From Parasitella parasitica NRRL 2501 (Eukaryota; Fungi; Mucoromycota): a stretch of 64,000 bases of DNA. Positions 53,705 through 64,000 of the stretch are shown here, in pieces. The notes below the pieces were generated by a model. That model ran no database searches. It saw only the letters and a program-made list of their open reading frames with translations, and had not been told where the DNA came from. The number at the start of each line of letters is the position of its first letter. The stretch's first letter is position 1. Position numbers and translations under genes: made by a program. The stretch spans positions 62,001 through 126,000 of the forward strand of contig MU619314.1 of assembly GCA_025201805.1 (NCBI GenBank), written 5' to 3'.

Positions 53705-54702
53705 GTCAGATGTATATATATAGGAAAAGAAGAGGAAAACAAGTTCAAAAAAAAAGGGGGGGGGTAAAGTGGAGATACTATTAATCAAGCAATACACGTG
53801 AGGGCTACCAATTGTTAGTATTGCTCCAATCATAACCATATTTCGCTGGAGGCGGCCTCAGCGATAACGGCAAATCTTTTACTTTCCATCCAGAAGGTAG
53901 TTTGTACCTCTGTGTTGGTGATATAGGCTTAGGCGTGGTCGTGTTGTTCAATGTAGCCTCCTGTTTCTGCAGCTCAAACCATTGTAAAAGTTCAGGGGGG
54001 TAGATTGGCTGGCCTATACAACTGTAAACAAGATGCTATTTCGCAAGTTTTCCAAGTTACCTGAAGCTGGATCATATACAATATGACTATATTTACACAA
54101 CAATCCATACTCACAATATCCGTGCTGCCCATAATGTCTACACGGAGGTTTATTTGCTTGTTCTTGTAGAAATACATCTGGATCTACAAATGAGCGTGGA
54201 TATGCTGCGTTTGACGTTGTTTATCAAGTCGCAGGACTTACCTTTATACCAATTGTAATGTAATTTGCGGTTATTTATGTGCGATATGCCTTCATTATGG
54301 TTTCTTCTGTTGGTTACATTGTCTGGAAATGTGCATTGGCAAAAATCGCAAAAATCTACCCATAAAGCGCTTAGTTTTTGATTTTGATCCTAACGCTAAC
54401 GCTAACTTTACAATTTCTAGGCATTTTTTTTATGCAATGAATGATGTCTTTTTTTGGAGGGAAAAACAAGAAAAATGAATGGGGTTTATGATTTTCTATT
54501 TTGAAAAAAAAATTCTTTGCTGTATTTACGCAATAATGTGGGAGAAGCATGCTTTTATATATGTATATATATATATATACATATACATATGGATCAAGAT
54601 ATTCTGCACAATGGTAATTTCATTGACTCAATAATTTTCGCTTATATGCTTGTATTTCTGATAGTTTTGTATACAAAGATTCCATTACATTTTTTTTCTT
54701 AG

Positions 54703-54788
54703 CACGTGAAAAATCAGTTTATCAAGTCAGGTTTCACATGGCAACGGGTCTCCTTACATGTTGTTTGATTCACACCACTATTATATAA
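54703..54788 (+). promoter_or_regulatory. Two ICRE/UASINO-like E-boxes plus TATA box upstream of OPI1
   Basis: CACGTGAAAA (54703-54712) and GTTTCACATG (54731-54740) compared with consensus WYTTCAYRTG. TATATAA at 54782. Confidence 0.55.
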
Positions 54789-54863
54789 TGGGTCTTCCCC
54801 AAAAACCTTCATCTTCCTCTTCTCTCTCATCTTTCTCTTTTATACATTTTATCATATATCAAA

Positions 54864-56363
54864 ATGGCCCAAAACTCATCATCACCCATGTCAATTACAC
54901 AGCTCGTTCATTCAGATATAAATGACATTGAGGATCCAGACGTAAAAATCGCAGCTGAAGTACTAGGAGATATGGCAAGGCTTTCTTGCATCAATAAAAA
55001 GGCAATTACGCTACCTCCATTATCCACGCCTTCGACTACACCCAGTTCACCATTACCTACCCCAACAACTTCGTCGTTTTCAGTTGAACAGCGTCTGTCA
55101 TTTTCAAGCGAATCTACCATGGACGAAGATCAGCATCTAAGGCATCAACAACAGCAAAATTTCATACATAGAGTGTCCAACATTCCGCTTGTCAATTCAG
55201 CATTGAAAGCATATGAAAGCTCCAAAAATTCCAACAGCGTTGTCAAGTACGGTGCGGAAATGGTTGAATCGTTTGCTGCTCCTATCTATGATAAATTCGG
55301 AAAGCATGCTTTATCGGGTGTGGATGAATGGGGCTGTAAGCAATTGGATAAGGTAAATTTTAGGTCATTCATTTCATGAAGGCATTATTCTAAACCGATA
55401 TTCGCATAGCTCGAAGAAAGATATCCCAAATATGTGGTTTCAAACAATCAAGCTGATGGGGACGAAGACGACGACGATGCTAAATCTGCTACATTTGCAC
55501 TATCTCGTGCTACCTTGATGGACGATGAAGGAATCCGCAAAAGAAGAGACTCTCGTGATGAAACATCAAAAGTCCACAAATCAAAATCTCGCAACCCTTC
55601 TCGATCTACGTCGCCTCATAGACCATCTCCAACCTCTCATGGCATCACCAAACCTCTTCCTAATCGCCAGCGCCAGCAGCCACTTGTTCGTAGTAAATGG
55701 CACCAGATAGTAATGCATGCCTCAACGGCGGCTGGCACAACAGCTGCAGTGATCAGTGAAGAAAGTATGAAGTGTTTGAAGTATTGTCTTAATTGGTTAC
55801 AGGCAAGTCTTTTGAACATGATAGCCTTAAAACCCCAACCAACTAAAATTTTATATATATAGTATGCTTCACAACATATTGATCAGCAGATGAATTTGCT
55901 TCGAGAATTTTTAGTTTCTTTAGCATCTAAAAGCAATCAAATTACACATGATGAAAACACCACCAAAGTGTCCAATATCAAAAAAGAAATCGTCGATACA
56001 CTTCGCAAGGTTGTTCAAGTGGTTAGCAAATATGCTGGTTCTGGTCTACCTGAACAAGCAAAAGCCTCTGTGCGTGGATTTATACTAGCTCTGCCTACTC
56101 GCTGGGCCATCTTGAACTCAACAACCAACAGTCCTACTGCATCACCTTCCATGGGACCTGTAACAGCACATGAAACATCAATGAAGCTACTGAATTTTGG
56201 GAGTGAATCCGTGGAAATGATCAACTCTGTTGCTCATGTGTTTTCTGATACAATTGAACGGGCTGAACTATGGTTGAACCGCCTGCGTGTGGTTGGCGTT
56301 GCTGGTAACAGAAGAAATCTTCAGCCATCAGAATCAGAACCTGAGCAGATGGATTTGAATTAA
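54864..56363 (+). CDS. OPI1: Opi1-family transcriptional repressor
   Basis: DPDVKIAAEVLGDM, RVSNIPLVNSALKAYE, KYGAEMVES, SEESMKCLKYCLNWLQ|YA, KKEIVDTLRKVV, VRGFILALPTRW. Second intron is GC-AG. Confidence 0.88.
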
Positions 56364-56937
56364 CATTGATATCCCTTCTACACTTATACCACCACACAAC
56401 ACACTCTGGACAAAATTTAGCGCTGCATTTTTTCTCTTTTCTTGTATCAATCTTCTTTATCTCTCTTCATTTCTATATATATAATAAATGTCTTATTTGT
56501 CTTTTTTTTTTTTCTTCTTCTTTTCCTTAATATTGTGATGTTATATAGTAGGTCGAAGTATAATGCTTTTGATTGCATACGGGCATTCACGGCTTTCTTT
56601 TACAGATCAAACATACATACAGACATACATGTGTTTGAGCCCTCAAAGCGTGCAAATATGATGTTGTGTAACTGATCGGTTGAATATTCTGTAATTTGAA
56701 AAATTTTTCATGTATAACTCGATCGGCTATATACATAAACGCTTACAAAAGATATAGACGGGTTGAACACATCACAGCTTGGAGGCTTCACAATTCTTTT
56801 GTATCTCAATTGTTAAAAAAAAAACCAGTTATCAAGTAGGTGGTATTTACAAAATTATGCAGCAATCATTTTATTAGTTTATTTTATAATGAGCTACACA
56901 GAAAGAGAGAAATTACAATGCATGTTATAACAGCATT

Positions 56938-58373
56938 TTAGTTCATGGACTGAACCAAATTGTTGATGAAAGCCTCACGGTTACCAGTGTCTCCACCTTC
57001 AACATAGTTGAGGAACTTGCGTTCTCTCCACATGTTGTTGGGGTTGGAGAGCTTGAAGGGCCAAAGGAAGTTGGACGCTTCCTTGAAGTGGGGACCAACA
57101 GTGGCAATCTCGTGGATAAGATCTTCAACGCAGATAATGTTGTATTTACCAAGAGATTTTTCGATAACAGAGTTATCAGAGATAGGGATACGTTGCTTGT
57201 TAACCTTAGCATATCCACGCTTGTAGATCAACTCACGGACAGTCTTCAAATTGGGGTAACCATAGGCGACGTAAGGTTGGATCAACTGAAGCATCTCAGA
57301 GGTAGCCTTGTTGAGGCGGACAAATACACCGTTGTTGATCTGCAAAAGACGGAAGAGTTGAAGGACCTTACGAGGCTTGGGAGCAATGTTGTTGATACCA
57401 CGGATACGGACAACGAAGACGAGCTTCTCTTGAGCGGGAACGTAGTAGTTACCTAGAGCCTTAGCTTGACGACGAAGACGGATTTCGTTCTTGGCGGCAG
57501 ATTTGTATTCAGCATCATGCTTGGCAGCACGCTTGAAAATATCGCGTCTTTTGGAAAGCTTGGCCTATAAATGACGTTGAGTAAAAAGGCGATATGATAG
57601 AAATCAACCAAGACATCAAATAAACAGAATGCAAATCAGCCCCGAAAGATGGTTAACAGATAGGCATCATCGAGTGCAATCTAGCCAAACAAGTGGGCGG
57701 TACCCAAATCATCATACTTGCACAATTCGTTCTTTTCGATGTCTTAGCAGTAGCAAATGATAGTTACCTTACGAAGCTCGACCTTTTGAGCAGCAGTCTT
57801 AGCAGAGGTATCAGCGTCAGTTTTTCTCTTTTTCAAGAGGGTTTCAGGAACAAGAATGTCATCAGCAGTAGGGACGTTGCTATATAATTTGGAAAAAAAA
57901 AAAGGTAAAACAAGGTTAATGGTAAATATTCCAATAACAAAGTCATTATAATTGTTTTAACCCAAGCAAAAGCGATAATGTGGATGACAATTCATGAATT
58001 TAATAACATACAAGCATGGGTAATGCGAGTAAGTTACAAAGCCTTTTACATCTTAACGACACAAAAGTGGGTAATGTAAAGAGAAAATTATTACATCAAG
58101 ATAGTTGCATGTCACCTAGAAAGAACCCGGAGTGGGTCCCTAGATGTAAACCATGAACATGATAGATTTAAGGATTTAAAAGTTTTTAGTGAAAAAAACG
58201 ACTGAATCCCAACTCCTTCAAAACTCCAGGATGGTGTCAATATCCAGTATACAGAGATGAAGATGAAAATAGTTTCAAATAGACAAAATGCATTTGAAAT
58301 ACAATTTTGCATATTTTAGAGCGCTCCTGAATGGATTTTCTTTCTTGAAAGAAAAAACTTACTAGGCAACCAT
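56938..58373 (-). CDS. RPL7: 60S ribosomal protein L7 (uL30)
   Basis: 11-nt first exon (ATGGTTGCCTA), introns at 57880-58362 and 57565-57767. [42 protein letters not shown]. Confidence 0.96.
57630..57722 (-). ncRNA. Intronic box C/D snoRNA, snR39/snR39B (SNORD2-like), guiding LSU rRNA 2'-O-methylation
   Basis: Box C ATGATGA (57715-57709), C' GATGATG, guide ACCATCTTTCGGG complementary to conserved LSU CCCGAAAGAUGGU, box D CTGA (57639-57636), terminal stem TGCAA/TTGCA. Lies inside RPL7 intron 2. Confidence 0.9.
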
Positions 58374-58428
58374 GTTTACGTGTAAAAGAGAAAAGAAGGA
58401 ATTTAAGAAAATAAAGGAGATGCCTCAC

Positions 58429-58461
58429 TATATAATTGAAAAATTTTTTTTTGAAAAATTT
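58429..58461 (-). promoter_or_regulatory. RPL7 promoter: tandem RRPE-like motifs and TATA-like element
   Basis: TGAAAAATTT at 58437 and 58452, next to TATATA, upstream of a pyrimidine-rich leader. Confidence 0.45.
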
Positions 58462-59199
58462 CTTTCAGACTGTCGTTTTTGCCTGGGACCTTTCAGAAGC
58501 AGAGTTGAGTTGTATCCGGATAAGGCAAAATGGATGGAAAGCACATACACGGATAATTTGGGTACGTGTCGGTACTCTATCAAGTACTGCTGGGAGAACG
58601 TATACACTTGCACTACGGCAAATAAATGCTTATCCATCCTGCAATATTAGAATAGCAATTAATAGTGTACTTTTGGTCAAAAGACTTGTTGAGTTTTGAC
58701 ACTTGTTAATAATGCAGATACTGTATCTGGGTACCGCACAACCGTATGCGTTGTCAAATTAGGCTCACCAAATATTTAGACAAGCATACAGGCTTTTGTA
58801 TCATATTTGCAAGCTGTTAAAAATCAAGATGAAATGATCTACCACGAAGAACTGTTTTAAACAGGGTGCTATGTACAATTTTGAATGAAATTTCACAAGC
58901 AAAGACAACTCGAGGATTTGTTAGTTGTAACAAGTGGCGTTTCAACTTTAAGTAGACTTAATATATTGAAGAGACTACAAACACGTCAGGAACTTGGATC
59001 GTCCTTTGAGTCAAATGATATAAGCCAAAAAAACCACTATTTGGCATATTATTGAGTGCGATTAAAGCATCTGTAGATCGATATCCTTAAAATACGCCTA
59101 AATAATATCACTTTTATTATATTGTGTGGAAATGAAGAGCAGCTAACCTCCACATATTTGACCTCTTGATTCATCATAAATCAACTTTAGAAATATCTT

Positions 59200-60103
59200 T
59201 TATATCGTGGTTTTGGGTATTTTGATGAGATTAGCTTCAATTGCTAACTTGATATTATCCTCTATACATGTATGTATAAAAAAATCGCAATTAGATCTTT
59301 GTCAGAATGACACAAATTGATTTAATTTTTACCATAGTCATTGAGTCTATCTTTTGGCAAGCATTTTAAATTTTGTAGGAACAGTCGTTCCCCTCGTATC
59401 ATCTCAAGTTGTAATTTGTAATCATTGTGCTTGTCAATTTTCTTTTGAGTTGCTCTCACTTTATTTTTGATCATCATGGAGGTTCGTACAGGCTGTATCC
59501 ATCCTCGCACCCTCTTGAATTCAAATCCTAAGGCACATTGAACTGTAATGGCTGCCTGATAGGGTTTTCGTTCGACTAGTTTATTTTTTTTCTTTTTAGG
59601 TGTTTCTGGTAAAGGCTAATGGCTTTGGTGAATATCAGTCGTATTTTTTATTCAAATTTACTACCTTTGGAGTTTTCTATTTTACAAGTCTCAATTAAAT
59701 GATACAAGAATCAAAAATTTCAGTAGCTTTACCGCATATTTTTGGACATATTCTTTCACTTTTGACACGATTTGTTGATCACCATTATTTCCTTTATCGA
59801 GATAATTCAAAACCTGAATAATAAAGTATTTTAGATGGCCAATAAAGCACATTTGCAAAAACTATATATACTTTATCTGCTTCGGTCAAAAGCGTCAATG
59901 TCCTTTTTCTTGATGTTGTGTATTTATTTGCTTTGAACTGTTGACGGATTGCATTTCCCAAATTATCATACTGCGTACTTGATTTCAGTAGTGCTTTATA
60001 CAATTCAAGAGTCTAATTAAGATAATTTTGTGAGCTGGGTAAGCGTTCTTTTGGCTGTTTTGTTTACTTTGAGGCGTGTTTCTTGTAAGAGGTGTTGGTA
60101 CAT
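59200..60103 (-). CDS. LYR-motif (Complex1_LYR-like) protein, probably mitochondrial
   Basis: Spliced MYQHLLQETRLK|TLELYKALLK..IRQQFKANK (LYx..L...IR..F pattern) and later RVRGWIQPVRTSMMIK. About five introns, including a 12-nt exon at 59665-59676. Confidence 0.72.
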
Positions 60104-60797
60104 TGAATATTTAGAGAGAAAAAACAAAAGCAGGGAGAGAGTTCGACATTGCCCACCGTGACCCCGAGGCTATGGCTAATTGTCCACCCAGAAATTTCCG
60201 TTTAAGGTAGAAATGCGAAAAATACTGTTTCTTATGATACCTTCAAGATAAGGATGGATCTGTGAATGACAGCTTGTCATGTTGCTTTACGAGAGAATAA
60301 TATACACTGTATTCAAGTAAATGTATGGCAAAAATCAATTTTTGCAAACCAAATACTTGAATTTGACCATTTTTTTTTTGTATCTTTCATTAGCTTCTGA
60401 GAAAAAAAACCCACGGCATTTTGATAAAGATATATATTAATCGAAAACACTCTATTTTACTTTAAAAATAAAATATCACTGCCATTTCAGGTATTATTTA
60501 TGCTAATAATGAACTTTTAGTCAAAAATATATCCCTCTTTTGACACAAATACTAGAGGTGTTTGACTAAGCTTTTTTTTTTTCATGTATATCACTAAATG
60601 TAAAATTTAATACTGAAAGCAGTTATTAGCATTGTGTCCTATTCCGTAAATGTCACACTGTACTCTAAACGTGCGGACAGCTAAGGTTCCTTGGCAGCAT
60701 CTGGGGACAAAGATGAAAATGTGCGAACAGTTACCCCTCTTTAAAAAATGTTTGAGACAGCATTAAACTTTTGTTTATTGTTATACACGACTTCTAT

Positions 60798-63700
60798 TTA
60801 GTATTCTCGACCATCATAGTAGACCTGGAAATCGTCGTCATCGTCATCATCGTCATCATCGAAATATTCCGCTTCTGACTCATCACTATGATCTGAATTC
60901 TTCATGGATTTGATGCGAGTGAGTACATTATCCAATGTAGACGGCTTTCGGCAAAGTTTATTGTTGTTGACGGAGCCTACGCCAATATCTGCCGTGTCAT
61001 CGTGTTTGTTTTCAAAGTCTCTTCTGCCATAAAAGGAGCCACGATTCACGGAATCAGTGGGCCCTATTGATTGCCGTGCGCTTGGATGACGGGACACAGG
61101 AATCATGATAGCAGGCACATAGCTATTGTGATGTGAGTCTGGTTTAGTCAGTCTATTTGACAGTATACTAATACGCTCTTCTTCGTCACTGAATAACCCT
61201 TCGGCTTTTGTGTCTGTGTCTACTAAGGGGAATGGCAAGGGAATCTCTTTGATTGCACGATACTGGCCACAGTTGTTGAGATGCTGTCGAGTAAAAGAGT
61301 GTCAAAAGTTGTATTCTCAAACAACTTGATACATGTGTAATTATATACCTCATTCTCAAGGCGGAAAAAATTCCATTGGACCCTTCTATATGCCTCTAAC
61401 AATGCAACCAAAATGCCTAATAGCTGGCCATTCATACGCAATTTGACTATGCTCAGCGTCCAAGAGAATCGCAGCAAGACGTTTACAGGCACGGCGGTAT
61501 AATATGTCTAAACAGTAAAATGAGCACAATTAGCATCATGTGGGGTCACATGAAGTTACACAATCCAAAACGTAAAAAGATCAATGTTACCCATCTATAA
61601 AACACTAGCTCATCTCTTAGTAAAAAGTGCTTGCTGTTTCGACTCATCAAGCCCCAATCCATTTTGATGTCCCATGCGGATGTGTACAAGGAGTTGCACA
61701 AACATGTTACGATCCATATTGCTGTCATTGACGTAGATGCTATTTTCGTTAGTTTGTTAGTTTCAGATGCTTGACACAAACTCGCTGAGTAACTTACGGT
61801 ACATGCGTCTTAGGCCTGTGACAATTGCAGCCATGATGCTACTAGAGTACTTGGCTGCATTAAACAGATGCACCTTTTCATTTGAATCTCGATATCTTCG
61901 AAAGCATTGCAATAGCCGCCACCAAGGAGGCAAGCAGGCTAGGAATGGAGCAACCCATACTTGCGACATGTTACAATTGCCGCCCAGGTCCGTCCAATGC
62001 CATGAATATGCGCAGAAGAAGTAAGAGGATGTCCACAAGGAATAGCTCAAGCTATTGAGCTCGTCTGCAATGAAGAAGTCTCTAAACTCTACGGGGAAGC
62101 AATACGACAGCAGGATGCGTCCTATTGCTACACCAAGCCACTTTCGAGCAGAACAGTAAAGTATATCGAATGGACAGAACATCATGGCCATCAAAATAAC
62201 AAACAGTATCAACGGACACAATTCAGAGGGTATAACCGGAGAAAACAGCTGCGAGAAGTCGGTGTAAATGACAAATGAGCTGACGAGCAGCATAATCACG
62301 GGCAATTCTGCAAATTGGTGATAATCCAGATTGTGTCTTGGGTCTAACTCAAAGATAAATTTGTAGTTGATTCGTGACCTATGCCATACAATCAGGTTGA
62401 CCGAAAATCCAAGACAAAATAAAATGGGAAGCAAGAAGCATGCATATATTTGTATGTTGGTTTGTAGGTTTAGCAATTGTCTCGACGTCTTTGGATCAAT
62501 AGCAAGGTGGAATGCTTGTATCAACAGAGGTATGGCCATGCCCAAGAAAATGCCAATGCGAAGCGTAGTCGAATGATAGTCCTGCGAAATATGCAAGCAT
62601 TAGAGAAACAAGGTTTCTAACATTGAGCAGCGCATGATTACCTCATTCTTCTCAGGTGCTCTCAATTTGCGCATGCCACGTCTGCGATGACCATCAGCAA
62701 ATTCATTTATATACAAATTCTATATGCAAATGTAACCTTAAATTAATCAGGTCATAATGTTTTAAAAAAACTGTCAAGGCATACCTCCGTTTCCTTTATG
62801 ATATAATCAAGGTTGGTTGTGCTGGCCCACTGATGTTTTTTTATGGTTTGAGTGTACAAATCACTTGCTTTCCAGCCAGCTATTTTGTCAAATTTTTTGA
62901 GAATCTTCTGAAAGCCGGTTTCATTAAGCGTCTTGTAAGACTTTAAAAACTCTAAACTTCGATAATATTCAGTAACTGCTTTCTTCAGTCGATTTCTTGC
63001 AACATTATAGCTAATTCTTTGATCTCCAAGATAATCAAAATTGGACGATAGCTCTGATAATGTGTAGGATTGTGTGTGTGGATCTTGATATTTAAACCAG
63101 CTGTAGAGCCGGTGATGGCCGTTCATTTCAGGGGGAGGCGGCAAATTTTCTGGTTGAGTGGCCTTTTTTAATTTTGTTTAGTCATTCTTTAATATATACA
63201 TAGATCAAAAACTTTATATGAAATATAAATACCCCTAAATTCACTAGATGACGCCCATATTCGGCTATAAACTGCATTTGAACATTCAATGCATCCAACT
63301 TTAACCTTGATTCATTTTCTTTCTCTATGTGCGTGTAGGAAAAGTGTCAAATGCTACTACTACTACTATCCCCCCCTTTTTATACACAAGTACCATTGTA
63401 AAACCTTGATATTTTATCTAATTCAATGTCAAGGGAATCAAAAAAACTTCTTTCTGATGGACTAGCATGAAACAAAACTTGGTCTAAAACGGACAGGGTT
63501 GCTGTTGTTGAGGTTGGAAATGATGCTTGCCGAGAAGATGGCCGGTCTTCATCATGTCTACTGCTAAATCTCGAGGACATTCGACTCAAAATAGATTGAG
63601 GCCGTCTATTGCTCGTCTGGTTGCTGAGCCAAAGGTAGTTGTCGTTGCTATCCTCTAATTCTTGGAAAGCATTGTCTAGTTGAATAGCTGCCCTTCTCTC

Positions 63701-63872
63701 TTTGTATTTGCGAAACTATCGAAAGTGTCAGTGGGGTGTCCATTGGGGAACTTGTATGCACTGCACTTACTCTTTCAACTTGCTTTAATTTTTTTTTCAA
63801 GCCCTTGTAGCTGATGTATGCTTTCCTCCACTCAGGCACACTTTCGCTCTCTAGATATTTGGCAAATTTCAT
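60798..63872 (-). CDS. SYG1: SPX-EXS domain protein (Syg1/XPR1/PHO1 family phosphate exporter)
   Basis: SPX motifs MKFAKYL..VPEW..YKGLKKKLK and LNETGFQKILKKFDK. EXS motifs INYKFIFE, FRDFFIADELNSL, WDIKMDWGL, RRVQWNFFRLENE. Confidence 0.95.
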
Positions 63873-64000
63873 TTGCTAAAACGAGATTCAACACAAGATG
63901 AACACAATAGAAGATTATTTCGGTGCCTTTTTTTTAAGAAACTTTCTCGGAGAAAAGAGCACAGTCTATATATGTGTATAATACAACAGAATATTGTGTT

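Noticed and set aside
54391-54406. TAACGC x about 3, telomere-like repeat
   Set aside because: Fewer than three full copies, internal position.
60830-60880. FFAT-like EYFDDDD in the SYG1 tail
   Set aside because: Asp at the small-residue position departs from the FFAT consensus and runs into a simple (GAT/GAC)n repeat.

Overview
Intron-rich, gene-dense fungal genomic DNA. Short GT-AG introns, long poly-A/T tracts and the gene content point to Mucoromycota, most likely Mucorales (inference). I reconstructed 22 spliced protein-coding genes by hand; CDS coordinates span start codon to stop codon, introns included. In order: PNG1 fused to a legume-type lectin domain, a secreted/C-terminally anchored protein, PSA1, a Mit1/Mi-2-like CHD remodeller, a myosin-motor chitin synthase, an ankyrin protein, a metacaspase, a pseudokinase, a tandem nitrate reductase plus nitrite reductase pair, MDM1, a stand-alone HDAC6-type ZnF-UBP protein, a small PPxY membrane protein, TRM10, AOS1, a degenerate pepsin-fold protein, RBX1, FMP32, OPI1, RPL7, an LYR-family protein and SYG1. 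RPL7 intron 2 carries a box C/D snoRNA. There are two N gaps. I saw no tRNA, rRNA, CRISPR array or intact transposon. I cannot demonstrate a new multi-gene system from sequence alone. The strongest leads are the transporter-less nitrate-assimilation pair with dense GATA arrays and a degenerate Rieske site, the PNGase-lectin fusion, the free-standing ZnF-UBP gene tail-to-tail with a PPxY protein, two pseudo-enzymes, ICRE/UASINO motifs upstream of OPI1, and a possible poison exon in RPL7 intron 1.
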